This document shows, one piece after another, positions 37,087 to 47,469 of a stretch of 64,000 bases of DNA. Position 1 is the stretch's first letter. Each line of letters begins with the position of its first letter. The translations under genes and the position numbers were made by a program. The DNA lies in the IMG/VR virus record IMGVR_UViG_3300003617_000006. The stretch is one strand, 5' to 3'. Origin of the DNA: an uncultured virus (IMG/VR IMGVR_UViG_3300003617_000006). Taxonomy: Duplodnaviria > Heunggongvirae > Uroviricota > Caudoviricetes. The notes beneath the pieces are model-generated. The model searched no databases. It saw only the letters and a program-made list of their open reading frames with translations, and was not told where the DNA came from.

Positions 37087-38157
37087 TTAATTTGATAGTG
37101 GTGCTTTAATACTTGGGTGAGATTGATAATCATCTAATACAAAATCATTAACTCTCAAAATATCTATAATTGAATCGAAGTCTTTTAGATGGCTTTTGAA
37201 AAGTAACTTAGTTAATTTCATAGGCTCTCTACTAATCTGTTCTTTAGCTTGTTCAATATGATTTGAATATAAATGAACATCTCCTAAATTACCAATTAAT
37301 TCATCAGGAACCATATTTACTTCTTTAGCAATGATTTCCAATAACAATCCGTAAGAAGCAATATTAAATGGTAAACCCAAGAATGTATCTACTGAACGTT
37401 GATTCCACATTAAGGATATAGACCTCTTTGGTGTTGCCGTATAATAATCATCATCAAAATTAGGTATGTTAGATTCATTGTATTCCATACCCGTCTCATA
37501 ATTATTTTTAAACCAATAGGCATACCTCTCATTATCACTCAACTCTCTTGTATAAACTTGAAAACCATAGTGGCATGGTGGAAGTGTCATTTGGTCTATC
37601 TCACCGACATTCCAAGCATTAACCATTAATCGTCTTGAGTCTGGATTTGTTTTTAAATCATTGATTAGGTTTTGGATTTGGTCTATTTGTTTTGTATAAA
37701 CGCCAGGGTCAACTATTTTCTCATCACGAGTTGCATTTCTGCTCCAACTTCTCCATTGTTTACCATAAATTGGTCCTAATTCACCCCAATCTCTAGCAAA
37801 AGCATCATTAGTTTTAATTAACTCTATAAATTGTTCTTGAGTATATCGGGGTCCATGCCAACCGGGAACAAATTGGTCTGCGTACTTCTTATAAGCATCA
37901 CCATTCCAAATGTTACACCCATTATCAACTAGGTATTTAATGTTAGTATCTCCTTTTAAAAACCAAAGTAACTCGGTTACCATAGTTTTAAACGCCATCT
38001 TCTTAGTAGTAAGAAGTGGGAAACCATCACTCATTTTATGTCTGATTTGTCTACCAAATACTGAAATAGTTCCAGTACCTGTCCTATCCTCTTTCTTTAC
38101 TCCATTTTCAAGTACATCTTTTAGGAGTGATTGGTAATCTTTATCTAGTTTATTCAT
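37087..38157 (-). CDS. thyA: thymidylate synthase
   Basis: DRTGTGT, ELLWFLKG, LGPIYGKQWR, LPPCH, QRSVDTFLGLPFNIASY. Confidence 0.97.
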   Translation of the reverse strand: MNKLDKDYQSLLKDVLENGVKKEDRTGTGTISVFGRQIRHKMSDGFPLLTTKKMAFKTMVTELLWFLKGDTNIKYLVDNGCNIWNGDAYKKYADQFVPGWHGPRYTQEQFIELIKTNDAFARDWGELGPIYGKQWRSWSRNATRDEKIVDPGVYTKQIDQIQNLINDLKTNPDSRRLMVNAWNVGEIDQMTLPPCHYGFQVYTRELSDNERYAYWFKNNYETGMEYNESNIPNFDDDYYTATPKRSISLMWNQRSVDTFLGLPFNIASYGLLLEIIAKEVNMVPDELIGNLGDVHLYSNHIEQAKEQISREPMKLTKLLFKSHLKDFDSIIDILRVNDFVLDDYQSHPSIKAPLSN

Positions 38158-38158
38158 T

Positions 38159-38362
38159 TTAAAATTCGTTAAGGTCTGTTAAATCCAGTGTGGTTCCTGT
38201 AAGTTCACTTTTGACTTCTATGAATTGTCCTATCCCATCAGTATAAGTAATCCATTTAATCATACCAACTTGCCCGTGTATTGTTTTAATCGCAGCAACC
38301 CAAGTATTATAAGCCTTTTGTTGCTCATCGTTTAATTCGATATTGATTTGTTTATTTTTCAT
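38159..38362 (-). CDS. hypothetical protein
   Basis: ORF track. Confidence 0.65.
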   Translation of the reverse strand: MKNKQINIELNDEQQKAYNTWVAAIKTIHGQVGMIKWITYTDGIGQFIEVKSELTGTTLDLTDLNEF

Positions 38363-38527
38363 CTTTATTTAGTCTTCTATCAATTACTTCAAATAATTCA
38401 CGTTCAATTTCTTCTTCTGTTACATCATCTAAATTAAAGTACCAATCATCAAATCCTGGACGGTCATATAATTTATCTAATATCTCAGCAACTGCCTTCT
38501 TAATTTCTACGTTTTTCATTCTATAAT

Positions 38528-38767
38528 TTACGACTTTCTCTGTAAAAAGTCCATAGCCGATGTAAATAGTTTAATCCCCTCTAAAGAATCACCGTATTGT
38601 GGTATATTCCCTAAATTAGACATTAAATTATCATGTTCAGTATTTCCGACATACTTCTCTAAGAACTTAGCATGAACATCCACATACGTAAAACCCTCGT
38701 CTAACTTCCACTTCTTTATGTCGTTAGCTAATACTTCAGACATTAAATTTTGGTAGTTATTATCCAT
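38528..38767 (-). CDS. hypothetical protein
   Basis: ORF track; likely start MDNNYQ. Confidence 0.55.
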   Translation of the reverse strand: MDNNYQNLMSEVLANDIKKWKLDEGFTYVDVHAKFLEKYVGNTEHDNLMSNLGNIPQYGDSLEGIKLFTSAMDFLQRKS

Positions 38768-39092
38768 CACTGTACTCCTTATATTTCCCTTTATAATTGG
38801 ATATCTCATCCATTAGTTTTTGGAGGTCAGAACACATCTCGTAGTTCTCAACCTCTTCAAAGTAATCCAAACTTAGTTCTAAGTTAAGTAGGAAATCTGA
38901 ATCTTCAGCACTAATAACCATCTCGTCATTATTCCCTTCAATCGTGAAGGACATAAGCTCAACGTTATTGTATTTATCTCCGTAAAAATTATCTCGTATT
39001 TTCTCGAAACAGGTGGTATGATACCACTCTGCATTGTCTCTAAGGTAGTTTAGTAAAACTTCTTCGTTTGATTCCATCATATAATTTTCCAT
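38760..39092 (-). CDS. hypothetical protein with UVR-like motif
   Basis: LDYFEEVENYEMCSDL; promoter TTTG-N20-TATATTTG at 39111-39142. Confidence 0.7.
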   Translation of the reverse strand: MENYMMESNEEVLLNYLRDNAEWYHTTCFEKIRDNFYGDKYNNVELMSFTIEGNNDEMVISAEDSDFLLNLELSLDYFEEVENYEMCSDLQKLMDEISNYKGKYKEYSDG

Positions 39093-39149
39093 AATTCGTA
39101 TTGTATAGTACAAATATATGAAAATTATTTAGTAATACCAAACAATTTA

Positions 39150-39422
39150 CTACTCAGAGTCCGTATTATTTCTACCACCCCATATCTTGTCAACCGAAGT
39201 TAGACCTAAAGCCCCGAACGCTAAAGCAGCAACTGCATTGACTAACGCATCTGAAGGTGCAATAGTAATATCAGTAAAACTATTAGCAACCATAGTAGCA
39301 CATAATGAAAGACCTGAGATTAGACCTAATAACCTTTTAGATGATGGTACACCATTCTCATCATTAAGTAATCCTTTAACCCAATTTAAAAGTTTGTTTG
39401 AACCGTTTTTGATAGCACCCAT
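39150..39422 (-). CDS. 2-TM holin-like membrane protein
   Basis: SSKRLLG then two TM helices; TATTTAT at 39440-39446. Confidence 0.6.
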   Translation of the reverse strand: MGAIKNGSNKLLNWVKGLLNDENGVPSSKRLLGLISGLSLCATMVANSFTDITIAPSDALVNAVAALAFGALGLTSVDKIWGGRNNTDSE

Positions 39423-39448
39423 AATATAATTCTTTCTATATAAATAGT

Positions 39449-40153
39449 CTAAAGAATCTGTTTGGGGGCATTTCTATTTAGTATTTTTCTTCTAACGATA
39501 GGAAGTACCGTACTGTTGAAAGGGTATGGTTGGTGTCCTTTAACCACATAACAGTTAATCGTGGTTTTATCTGTTTGTTGTATTAAATGAAATTTAACAT
39601 CGTATATGGATTCAAACCTATTTTTAGGTAAGGTCTCTACTTTTTCAATATACACAAACCTATTTCCATTAACATCGATTAATATATTACCAATATTATA
39701 TTGGTATAGGTCCAACTCGTTACCTTCAAAGATAATATAACCTGACTCTTCATCGGGAGAACCAACTCCCAACTTCTTAACTTCTATGTCTTCAGAGATT
39801 TCACCGTATATTACAATACCCATTTGAGTATAATCCAATAAAGTATCTAACCCCCACTGTATGATTTCTGATAACTCTTCAGTTATGTCTTGGTTAGCAT
39901 ACTCATTAACCTCGTATATTATCTCTCTCTTTTCTAAATCTATCCCCACCATTTCTTTAGGGAATAAATCTTCAATTTCTTTTTTGTTCTTACTAATCGT
40001 ATTTAGTATCCCGTGATACTCAACCAAATTTGTTAGGTGAGGGTATAGTTTATATTGGTCCCAATCATTATCAACATCTTTCAAATAAGACATCAACTTA
40101 TACTGCTTATACTCTAAATCTATCGGACCAACATCTAACCACTCTATTATCAT
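39449..40153 (-). CDS. conserved Bacteroidota-type hypothetical protein
   Basis: W...GPIDLEYKQYKLMSYL...KLYP and TVLPIVRRK patterns. Confidence 0.75.
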   Translation of the reverse strand: MIIEWLDVGPIDLEYKQYKLMSYLKDVDNDWDQYKLYPHLTNLVEYHGILNTISKNKKEIEDLFPKEMVGIDLEKREIIYEVNEYANQDITEELSEIIQWGLDTLLDYTQMGIVIYGEISEDIEVKKLGVGSPDEESGYIIFEGNELDLYQYNIGNILIDVNGNRFVYIEKVETLPKNRFESIYDVKFHLIQQTDKTTINCYVVKGHQPYPFNSTVLPIVRRKILNRNAPKQIL

Positions 40154-41580
40154 AGTTTTACTAAATTTCCTTTTTTAAACTCTTCGTAATTCTCTCCCTT
40201 CTTAAATTTATAATACTTACCGTCTCTTACGTATTGTATGATACCCGCATTTTTTAAAGAAGAAAAGAATGTTGAAAAGTATCCTCCAATATTAATTGGA
40301 CTACCCCCATTATAGAATACCCCATTTTTCTCAGTTAATTTACCAGTCTTTAAAAAGAAATCTTTTTTACTACCTAAACCGTTATCACCTAAGTCATCCA
40401 AATATTTAACCATCTGTTGGGTCAATTTACCATTACGGTTAAACTTATATGTTGACATCCTGTTGGTATCACTCCAAAAAGCCTTACCCGTTAACTCTTT
40501 AAGTTTTTCAGGTGTAAAGTATCTCTCCGATATGTATTTCTGTAACATATCCTTAAACTTCTTAAAACTAACGTAATCACCATTAGACTTATAACGACCA
40601 TCTCTTAATTCTGTATCCTCTCCATCATCACCAGGATAGTATCTTAATCCGTCAGTCACCTGAAGGTTCGCATGTAACCCATTATTAGTATGAACTATTT
40701 TAACCGATGCAGTAAAATGTACATTATCCTCATCTTTAAACCTGAAATTTAATTCAATATTAGAACCATAAACCTCAACATCACCTATATTAATCTTAAG
40801 TTGTTTTACCGCTAAATCTTTATACTTTATTTCTAAATCTAAGATATATGGTACATTATCTAACTTTAACGCCTCAAATGTTTTATTTACCTTATCCTCA
40901 TTAGACCTATTATCATTTTTCTTTTCATTTACATATTTGATGATTGTCTCATAAATACCATCACCTAAAACCATCTTAGATAACTTTTGCTCACCCCTAC
41001 CTAATCTATCATCTTTAGAGTCATACCACGTCTCGTTATTATTATATATATTATAATGAATCGCCATTTTATAGTATGGGTTATCCTTTGTGAATTTCTT
41101 TAAGAAAATATAGAACAATATACCACTACTCGTATAATTTGAAAATGCTTGAGGGTTTTTAGCCGTGGTACACCACTTAGTACCCGCACCATACTTACAC
41201 GAAGCCTCGTGTGTCTTTGGGACGACAACCAATACATCCTCAGTATCTATAATCTTATCGTAGTCATCACCAACTTCTAACTTATCAGGTCTATCACCTT
41301 CATATTTAGCTATGACATCAAATAACTCTGAGTATGTTTTGTATTGGTTAATATCTTTCTTCTCTAAGTTCTTACGATATTTCTCGAATTTTTCAATAGT
41401 GTCATCTCCATCTTCAATCCTTTCGATGTCACTACCTGTACTATAGTATTGTTTTAAATACCAATCAGCATACTTGTAATTTGTCTTAACGTGAATATCT
41501 GAGTTGGTTAGATAGTCCTTAATCAACTCCTCATCACCATACTTAGCAATTAAATTTTCTTTTCTTCCTTCGTTTAACAT
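40150..41580 (-). CDS. hypothetical protein with ASCKYG..TKWC motif (PcfJ-like, tentative)
   Basis: KKDINQYKT, PKTHEASCKYGAGTKWCTT; N-terminal MLNEG leader. Confidence 0.75.
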   Translation of the reverse strand: MLNEGRKENLIAKYGDEELIKDYLTNSDIHVKTNYKYADWYLKQYYSTGSDIERIEDGDDTIEKFEKYRKNLEKKDINQYKTYSELFDVIAKYEGDRPDKLEVGDDYDKIIDTEDVLVVVPKTHEASCKYGAGTKWCTTAKNPQAFSNYTSSGILFYIFLKKFTKDNPYYKMAIHYNIYNNNETWYDSKDDRLGRGEQKLSKMVLGDGIYETIIKYVNEKKNDNRSNEDKVNKTFEALKLDNVPYILDLEIKYKDLAVKQLKINIGDVEVYGSNIELNFRFKDEDNVHFTASVKIVHTNNGLHANLQVTDGLRYYPGDDGEDTELRDGRYKSNGDYVSFKKFKDMLQKYISERYFTPEKLKELTGKAFWSDTNRMSTYKFNRNGKLTQQMVKYLDDLGDNGLGSKKDFFLKTGKLTEKNGVFYNGGSPINIGGYFSTFFSSLKNAGIIQYVRDGKYYKFKKGENYEEFKKGNLVKL

Positions 41581-41583
41581 ATC

Positions 41584-42672
41584 TTAATTGGTTCTATATA
41601 CATAATAACTTACACCATCAATATCTTGGTATTCTTCATTACCATCATAATGTGAAAGAGTGTTACCCCTTCCGTCATGCCTTAAGATATCATCAGCAAC
41701 ACCATCCATATCTACGTAATCTTTAACATCCCATCCTTCATATTCTAAGTTTACATAATCTGACATTAAATCTTCTGCCCTATCATTAGCCATCTCTTCA
41801 GCCTTCTCTTCAATATCATCATCACTAGGGTGTGTCTCTTCGTCATCCTCATCATAGTCCTCGAAGTAATCTGATAGGTCATAGGTAATATCATCTCTGT
41901 AATGTTCCAAATAGGAAGCTACCAAATCTTCTTTTAACCGACTATCATTAATATTATCTTCGATAACCCATGAACTAATACCTTCGATACCTAACTCATC
42001 TAATTGATTAGTTAACGATTCTTTTGCCGCATCATCAGCCTCTTCATCTGTACCAACCGCATACTCCCCGTAACTATCACAATCAAAATGCCTTAATCCG
42101 TAATGTTCCCATTGTGATTCGTATAATATTGCGTAGATACCATACTCATCAACCATTTCTTCTGCTTCGTCATATTGAGCTTCTAACGTATCTATTTTAA
42201 GTTCGACGTATTCAATCTTATCGTCGTATTTACCATCATCGTTAATATCTGTTAGTCTCTCTAACTTATTCTTTAACTTTTTGATTTTAGGACCTAACTC
42301 GTTAATCTCATCTACATAGATATCAATTTCTTCAACACCTTCATTTTCTATTAAGTGTAGATACACTGCCTGAGCATGTGGGTCGTCTTCATAAACCTTA
42401 TTTTCTTTATTAGTCGCTTTTGTTCTTCTAATCTCAAGTTGTCTTTGACGTTCCCTCTCTTTAAATTCTCTATCACGCTTCTCCTTTGCTATCATTTCGT
42501 CATTCTGTTTTGACGCTCTATCGATAACCTCTTGGTCCACACCAAACTTTTTCATTGAGTCTAATGCCGTTTGTCTATCTTTTGCCTTATCTTCGGAGTT
42601 GTCGTACTTTTTTTGAAAGTCATATCCAAAATATTTATAAATCTTTTCAGTTGATTTTTCTTTCCAATTCAT
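41584..42672 (-). CDS. acidic coiled-coil hypothetical protein
   Basis: ORF track; TATTTAT at 42692-42698. Confidence 0.75.
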   Translation of the reverse strand: MNWKEKSTEKIYKYFGYDFQKKYDNSEDKAKDRQTALDSMKKFGVDQEVIDRASKQNDEMIAKEKRDREFKERERQRQLEIRRTKATNKENKVYEDDPHAQAVYLHLIENEGVEEIDIYVDEINELGPKIKKLKNKLERLTDINDDGKYDDKIEYVELKIDTLEAQYDEAEEMVDEYGIYAILYESQWEHYGLRHFDCDSYGEYAVGTDEEADDAAKESLTNQLDELGIEGISSWVIEDNINDSRLKEDLVASYLEHYRDDITYDLSDYFEDYDEDDEETHPSDDDIEEKAEEMANDRAEDLMSDYVNLEYEGWDVKDYVDMDGVADDILRHDGRGNTLSHYDGNEEYQDIDGVSYYVYRTN

Positions 42673-42760
42673 TTTAGTCAGTCGTTTAGTAATAAATAGT
42701 TCATTATTTGACTTTGTATATAGAAAAAGATAATATTTAGTTAAATCAAAAACATAATTT

Positions 42761-43333
42761 ATGCGTTATCGTTACGACAAAAACTCATTAGAATTTAGTA
42801 AAGACAACAAAAGTATCTTTATCTGTATTTTAATCTCACTAACATTAGTCGTGGTATCTTACTTTGTTGGTAAGTATTCACATAAACCTTCAGAAATTGT
42901 TGAGTTGGAAAAAGAACTAATCATTATTAAAAACGAATGTCATACCACACCATTTTATAGAGACACTCTCATCAGTGAATTAAAAAGACTTAACGTTAAC
43001 TTTCCACATATCGTATTAGCACAGTCAATCGTTGAAACAGGTCATTGGACCAGTACCATCTTTATTGAGAATAATAACTTATTTGGAATGAAAGAAGCCT
43101 CTATTAGAATTCACACTTCTATAGGGACTCAAAGAGGACACGCATATTACACCAATTGGAAAGAATCACTTTACGATTATTGTTTCTACCAAAGTAGATA
43201 TCTAAGTAAGTTAAAAACTGAAGAAGAGTATTACAATTATTTAAGTAGGTCATACGCAGAAGCCGATAACTATATATCATCACTTAAAAGGGTAATAAAA
43301 AAGGAAAAACTGAAGGAACTATTTAACGACTAA
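42761..43333 (+). CDS. GH73 glucosaminidase-domain peptidoglycan hydrolase with N-terminal TM anchor
   Basis: VLAQSIVETG, NNNLFGMK, YAEADNY. Confidence 0.88.
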   Translation: MRYRYDKNSLEFSKDNKSIFICILISLTLVVVSYFVGKYSHKPSEIVELEKELIIIKNECHTTPFYRDTLISELKRLNVNFPHIVLAQSIVETGHWTSTIFIENNNLFGMKEASIRIHTSIGTQRGHAYYTNWKESLYDYCFYQSRYLSKLKTEEEYYNYLSRSYAEADNYISSLKRVIKKEKLKELFND

Positions 43334-44409
43334 TAGTCGTGAATGTAATCGGTAAAGATTTCATTCATATCTTTTTCGAGAATAGTCGAATCTGCATAGT
43401 CAGGGTAACTAGCACTCAAAGAATCTTGGTAGGATAAATTATCACAATATTCTTCTAACACAGTTTCAAAACCACCGTAATACCAAAGGTCCTGACCCTC
43501 ATCTATTATGTATTGGATAACATCAGTATAAATATTAGTAACGTCAATCTCCGTATTAACTATTGAATACGTATATTTATCCCCGTTACGATGATATCCA
43601 ACACCTGTCTTACCAGTATCTACCTGAGTATGTTTAGAACCAAAGAAATTCTCTATCGCTTCGTATACATTATTATACGCTTCGGATTCTAATGCCGACT
43701 CATAAGAGTAGTTGTAAATACGTCTTAGATTATCCTTTAAACCCTCAAAGAAATCTATTCCTATTAATGCATCTGCAATTGTTGAGTTACTCATAAAAAT
43801 CTCATCAAACGTTTCTTTAGTTAACTCACCGTCATCCTGTGAGATAACATCACTCAACATCTCATTGTCCCCATCGTAATTAACATACTCTCCGAAACCT
43901 TGCTCTAACATTAAATCTTTTAATTCTTTTAAATTAACGTCATTTAATGAATCAAGTATATCATCTTCAATACTAATATATTCTGAGAAGTCACTTCCTG
44001 AATAAAAATCACCTTCACCAACTAATATATTTTCAATCCAATCAGTCCCCATATTACGGTCACTATAGAAAAATTTAGTCAACTCGTCAGCACTATTTAA
44101 TACCATAATCACCTTATCGTTCCTAACCTCAATGTCAGGAAATCCAGGTGCCGTATGTTTTATTAATCTATGATTGTCTTTACTACTAATTAATGTTTGG
44201 AGAATCGTGTTGTATGTAACTTCATCGTATGAGTCTTCATCTGATACCATATCAATCAGAAAACTATCTAATTGATTACGCATTATTAAATACTTATATA
44301 AATTTTCAGGGTCCCCTTCAAAAGTCTTTGCTATTATACTGAACTTATTTTCAGTAATAGGTACCACACCTTCTTTAATAATTTGTTTAATAGTCTCGAT
44401 TAACCTCAT
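43330..44409 (-). CDS. acidic hypothetical protein; putative virion-internal protein
   Basis: leader LIETIKQIIKEG..ITEN; TATTTAT at 44414-44420. Confidence 0.75.
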   Translation of the reverse strand: MRLIETIKQIIKEGVVPITENKFSIIAKTFEGDPENLYKYLIMRNQLDSFLIDMVSDEDSYDEVTYNTILQTLISSKDNHRLIKHTAPGFPDIEVRNDKVIMVLNSADELTKFFYSDRNMGTDWIENILVGEGDFYSGSDFSEYISIEDDILDSLNDVNLKELKDLMLEQGFGEYVNYDGDNEMLSDVISQDDGELTKETFDEIFMSNSTIADALIGIDFFEGLKDNLRRIYNYSYESALESEAYNNVYEAIENFFGSKHTQVDTGKTGVGYHRNGDKYTYSIVNTEIDVTNIYTDVIQYIIDEGQDLWYYGGFETVLEEYCDNLSYQDSLSASYPDYADSTILEKDMNEIFTDYIHDY

Positions 44410-44421
44410 CCTAATAAATAG

Positions 44422-44544
44422 TTACTTCTTTATTTTATTGTATTTGTTAATCACAACTTTAATTTGATTTTTTAATTCGTCGTTTGTAACAACAGGTTTT
44501 TGAGGAACCTGATTTGTACTTTTCTTTTTACATCCACAACCCAT
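44422..44544 (-). CDS. small basic MGCGC protein (40 aa)
   Basis: hand-translated MGCGCKKKSTNQVPQKPVVTNDELKNQIKVVINKYNKIKK; TATTTAT at 44577-44583. Confidence 0.7.
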   Translation of the reverse strand: MGCGCKKKSTNQVPQKPVVTNDELKNQIKVVINKYNKIKK

Positions 44545-44610
44545 AATCTTTTTTTTTAAGGTATTTATTCTTTATTATAAATATACACTATTACCATAAT
44601 TAAATAAACA

Positions 44611-44640
44611 AAAAACCCCCACATTTCTGTGAGGGTTTCT
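44611..44640 (-). terminator. intrinsic terminator after the fibre operon
   Basis: AAACCC.CACA...TGTG.GGGTTT stem followed by a T run on the minus strand. Confidence 0.7.
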
Positions 44641-44658
44641 TATCTTTAATCTTAAGTA

Positions 44659-47469
44659 TTAAGACATTTCATCTAAATCATCACTTAACTTACTCAACTT
44701 AGCGTGTTGTTCGTTAAACGCATTTACTAATAACGATGTCATCTGTGGGTAATTAACCTTTAAGAATCCATCAGCACTTTCAACAACTAATTCAGGTAAA
44801 ACTTTCTGTACTTCCTGTGCGATTACACCGATATCCGTTGGAGTTTCCAACGACTTTGGTTTATAATCACCTTTCCATACGAACTCAACACCTCTAATGC
44901 TCATTGCTTTATCTAACGAATTAGAAATCAATTCTACATTTTTCTTAGCTCTTATATCAGATGCGGGTCCTGTATAACCTCTAGGTCCTTTAGCTCCTGT
45001 ATAACCTCTAGGTCCTTTAGGCGCTCCTAATGGTACTATACCAGCAGGTCCTTTAATCCCTTTATAACCTTGTGGTCCTCTAACACCTTTTGTGGTATTA
45101 CCGTAACCTTGCGGTCCTTGATTACCTCTACTGTTACTCGCAGTACCTTGGTTACCAGGTTCACCTACATTTCCTGTTGGTCCTTGGTTACCTCTTGGTT
45201 GTGGGTCTCCTATTGAATTCCAATATTCCCTTCCATTTAACCCTCGGCTACCTTTTTTACCTTTAACACCTTTATTACCTTTAGGTCCTCCGTCACCAGG
45301 TCCTCCACGGTAGCTATCACCTTGTGGTCCTTGTGCACCAGTGGCTCCCATAGTTTTACCAGGTCTGTTACCTTTGATACCTTTGTAACCCTTAACACCT
45401 TTAGTAGTATTTGCATCCCCACCTTGTCCACCAGGTCCTCTATTACCTTTAGTTCCGATATTACCTTTAGGTCCTTTTGGTGAGTATCCTGTTGGTCCTT
45501 GGTTACCTGTAGCACCTTTGTAACCTTTGTTACCTTTAGTACCTTTATCTCCAGGTCCTCCTTGTGGCCCTACTGGTCCTTGTGGTCCTACTGGTTGATA
45601 TCCTTTAGGTCCTGCGTTTCCTTTAGGTCCTTTTCCACCAGCATTACCTTTAAGTAAGTTGGTCGTGTAACCTTTGTCCCCTAATGGTCCTACGTCTCCT
45701 CTATTACCTTTAGGTCCTTTGTTACCTTTAACCCCTTGAGGTCTAGCACCAATATTACCTTTAAGTCCTACGTAACCTTTAACACCTTTGATACCTTTTC
45801 CACCTGTTGGTCCTTGTGGTCCCGTTGGTCCTACTGGTCCTTGTGGTCCTCCCGGTCCTTGTGGTCCCTGTACACCTTGTGGTTGATAACCTTTAGCACC
45901 TTGGTATCCTTGTGGTCCACGGTCTCCAGCGTTACCTTTGTAACCTTTGTTACCAGTAGCACCTTTATAACCTTTAACCCCTTTATATCCTTGAGGTCCT
46001 TGTGGTCCTTGTCCACCTCTGTTACCTTTGGTATTACCACCTTGTGGCCCTCTAGGTCCTTGCGGTCCTGTTGGTCCTCCCGGTCCTGTAATACCTTTAT
46101 CACCAATAGGTCCTGTTGAACTATCACCAACACCACCACGATATCCTTGAACACCCTGTGTTCCTCTGTAACCTTTATCACCACCAGGTCCTGTAATACC
46201 TTTTGCTGATGTGTTACCTTTGATACCCTTAAGTCCTTGGTAACCTTGTGGTCCCGTTGGTCCTTGTGGTCCTAAAATGTTAGAGACACCTTTTCTACCT
46301 TTTCCACCTGTTGGTCCTTGTGGTCCTGTAGCTACTGAAGGTCCTTTAAGACCTTTATAACCTTTAGGTCCAATTATACCTTTATAACCTTTAATGTTTC
46401 CACCTTGGTTACCCTGTGGTCCTCTGTATCCCTTAACACCTTGATTACCCTGTGGTCCTCTAGGTCCTTTTGGTCCTGTTCCTCCACGATAACCTTTGTC
46501 ACCACCTTGACCTACAGGTCCTCTTGGTCCTTGCGGTCCTTGATATCCCTGAGCTCCTTGGGCTCCTTGTGCTGATGGAGTACCTACAACACCTTTATCA
46601 CCTTGCGGTCCTTGGAACCCTTGAAGTCCTCTAGGTCCTTTAGTTGTGTTAGCATCACCCTGAATACCACGGTCACCATTAACACCTTTAAAACCTTTGA
46701 TACCTTTGATACCTTTTTGTCCTACCGGTCCTGTAATACCTTTAGGTCCCTGTGGTGAAACACCTTGAGGTCCCTGATAACCAGTATTACCCTGTGGTCC
46801 TACGACACCTTTGTTACCTTTGATACCTTTAGCACCTTGGTCCCCTACAGGTCCTAAGTTACCTACAGACCCTATATTTCCTTGTGGTCCTCTGTATCCT
46901 TTTGGTCCGATATTACCTTTAGTCCCTTGCGGTCCTGTTGGTCCTACGACACCCTTCTCACCAATAATACCTTTAGTACCTTTGAATCCTTTGTCACCAG
47001 GTCCTCCTTGGACTCCCTTGTTACCTTTGTTTCCTTTGGTACCGATATTACCTTTAATACCTAATGGTCCTTTATCACCGTTTATACCAGCGTAACCTTT
47101 AGGTCCTGTCGGCCCTGTTGGTCCCGTTGGGCCAGTGGTACCTTTAGTACCCTTAGCTCCAACGTTACCTACATAACCTTTTATGTTAGTGATAGACCCA
47201 ACCCAATTACCGTTTTCATCGATAACTATGTCAGTTAAACCTTCACCGTTTTTCATTATAATCTTACCGTCCACAAGTTTTAAACCTCCAGACATTTTTA
47301 CCCCACCAGAACCAATTTCTAATGCTGATATTTCTCCGTCGTTACCTACTGTTAGTGGAAGGTTTTCACCCATAGATACTTTCATATCCACAGTACCGTT
47401 ATTTACAAACAATATCTCTGGAGATGATAACCCTTCTCTATTTGGTGTTATTAATATATTCTTAGCCAT
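44659..47469 (-). CDS. collagen-like fibre protein 3 with C-terminal peptidase S74 chaperone
   Basis: long Gly-X-Y tract; SDIRAKKNV..IRGVEFVW..IGVIAQEVQKVLPELV. Confidence 0.92.
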   Translation of the reverse strand: MAKNILITPNREGLSSPEILFVNNGTVDMKVSMGENLPLTVGNDGEISALEIGSGGVKMSGGLKLVDGKIIMKNGEGLTDIVIDENGNWVGSITNIKGYVGNVGAKGTKGTTGPTGPTGPTGPKGYAGINGDKGPLGIKGNIGTKGNKGNKGVQGGPGDKGFKGTKGIIGEKGVVGPTGPQGTKGNIGPKGYRGPQGNIGSVGNLGPVGDQGAKGIKGNKGVVGPQGNTGYQGPQGVSPQGPKGITGPVGQKGIKGIKGFKGVNGDRGIQGDANTTKGPRGLQGFQGPQGDKGVVGTPSAQGAQGAQGYQGPQGPRGPVGQGGDKGYRGGTGPKGPRGPQGNQGVKGYRGPQGNQGGNIKGYKGIIGPKGYKGLKGPSVATGPQGPTGGKGRKGVSNILGPQGPTGPQGYQGLKGIKGNTSAKGITGPGGDKGYRGTQGVQGYRGGVGDSSTGPIGDKGITGPGGPTGPQGPRGPQGGNTKGNRGGQGPQGPQGYKGVKGYKGATGNKGYKGNAGDRGPQGYQGAKGYQPQGVQGPQGPGGPQGPVGPTGPQGPTGGKGIKGVKGYVGLKGNIGARPQGVKGNKGPKGNRGDVGPLGDKGYTTNLLKGNAGGKGPKGNAGPKGYQPVGPQGPVGPQGGPGDKGTKGNKGYKGATGNQGPTGYSPKGPKGNIGTKGNRGPGGQGGDANTTKGVKGYKGIKGNRPGKTMGATGAQGPQGDSYRGGPGDGGPKGNKGVKGKKGSRGLNGREYWNSIGDPQPRGNQGPTGNVGEPGNQGTASNSRGNQGPQGYGNTTKGVRGPQGYKGIKGPAGIVPLGAPKGPRGYTGAKGPRGYTGPASDIRAKKNVELISNSLDKAMSIRGVEFVWKGDYKPKSLETPTDIGVIAQEVQKVLPELVVESADGFLKVNYPQMTSLLVNAFNEQHAKLSKLSDDLDEMS

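Noticed and set aside
37430..37550. intein or intron in thyA (extra ~40 aa after LPPCH)
   Set aside because: In frame, too short and lacks intein splice-junction residues; more likely a surface-loop insertion
29701..38157. carbamoyl-hydroxymethylcytosine DNA hypermodification pathway
   Set aside because: The thymidylate synthase keeps the dUMP-specifying Asn (PFNIASY), so it looks canonical; no dCMP hydroxymethylase is in this window, though one elsewhere cannot be excluded
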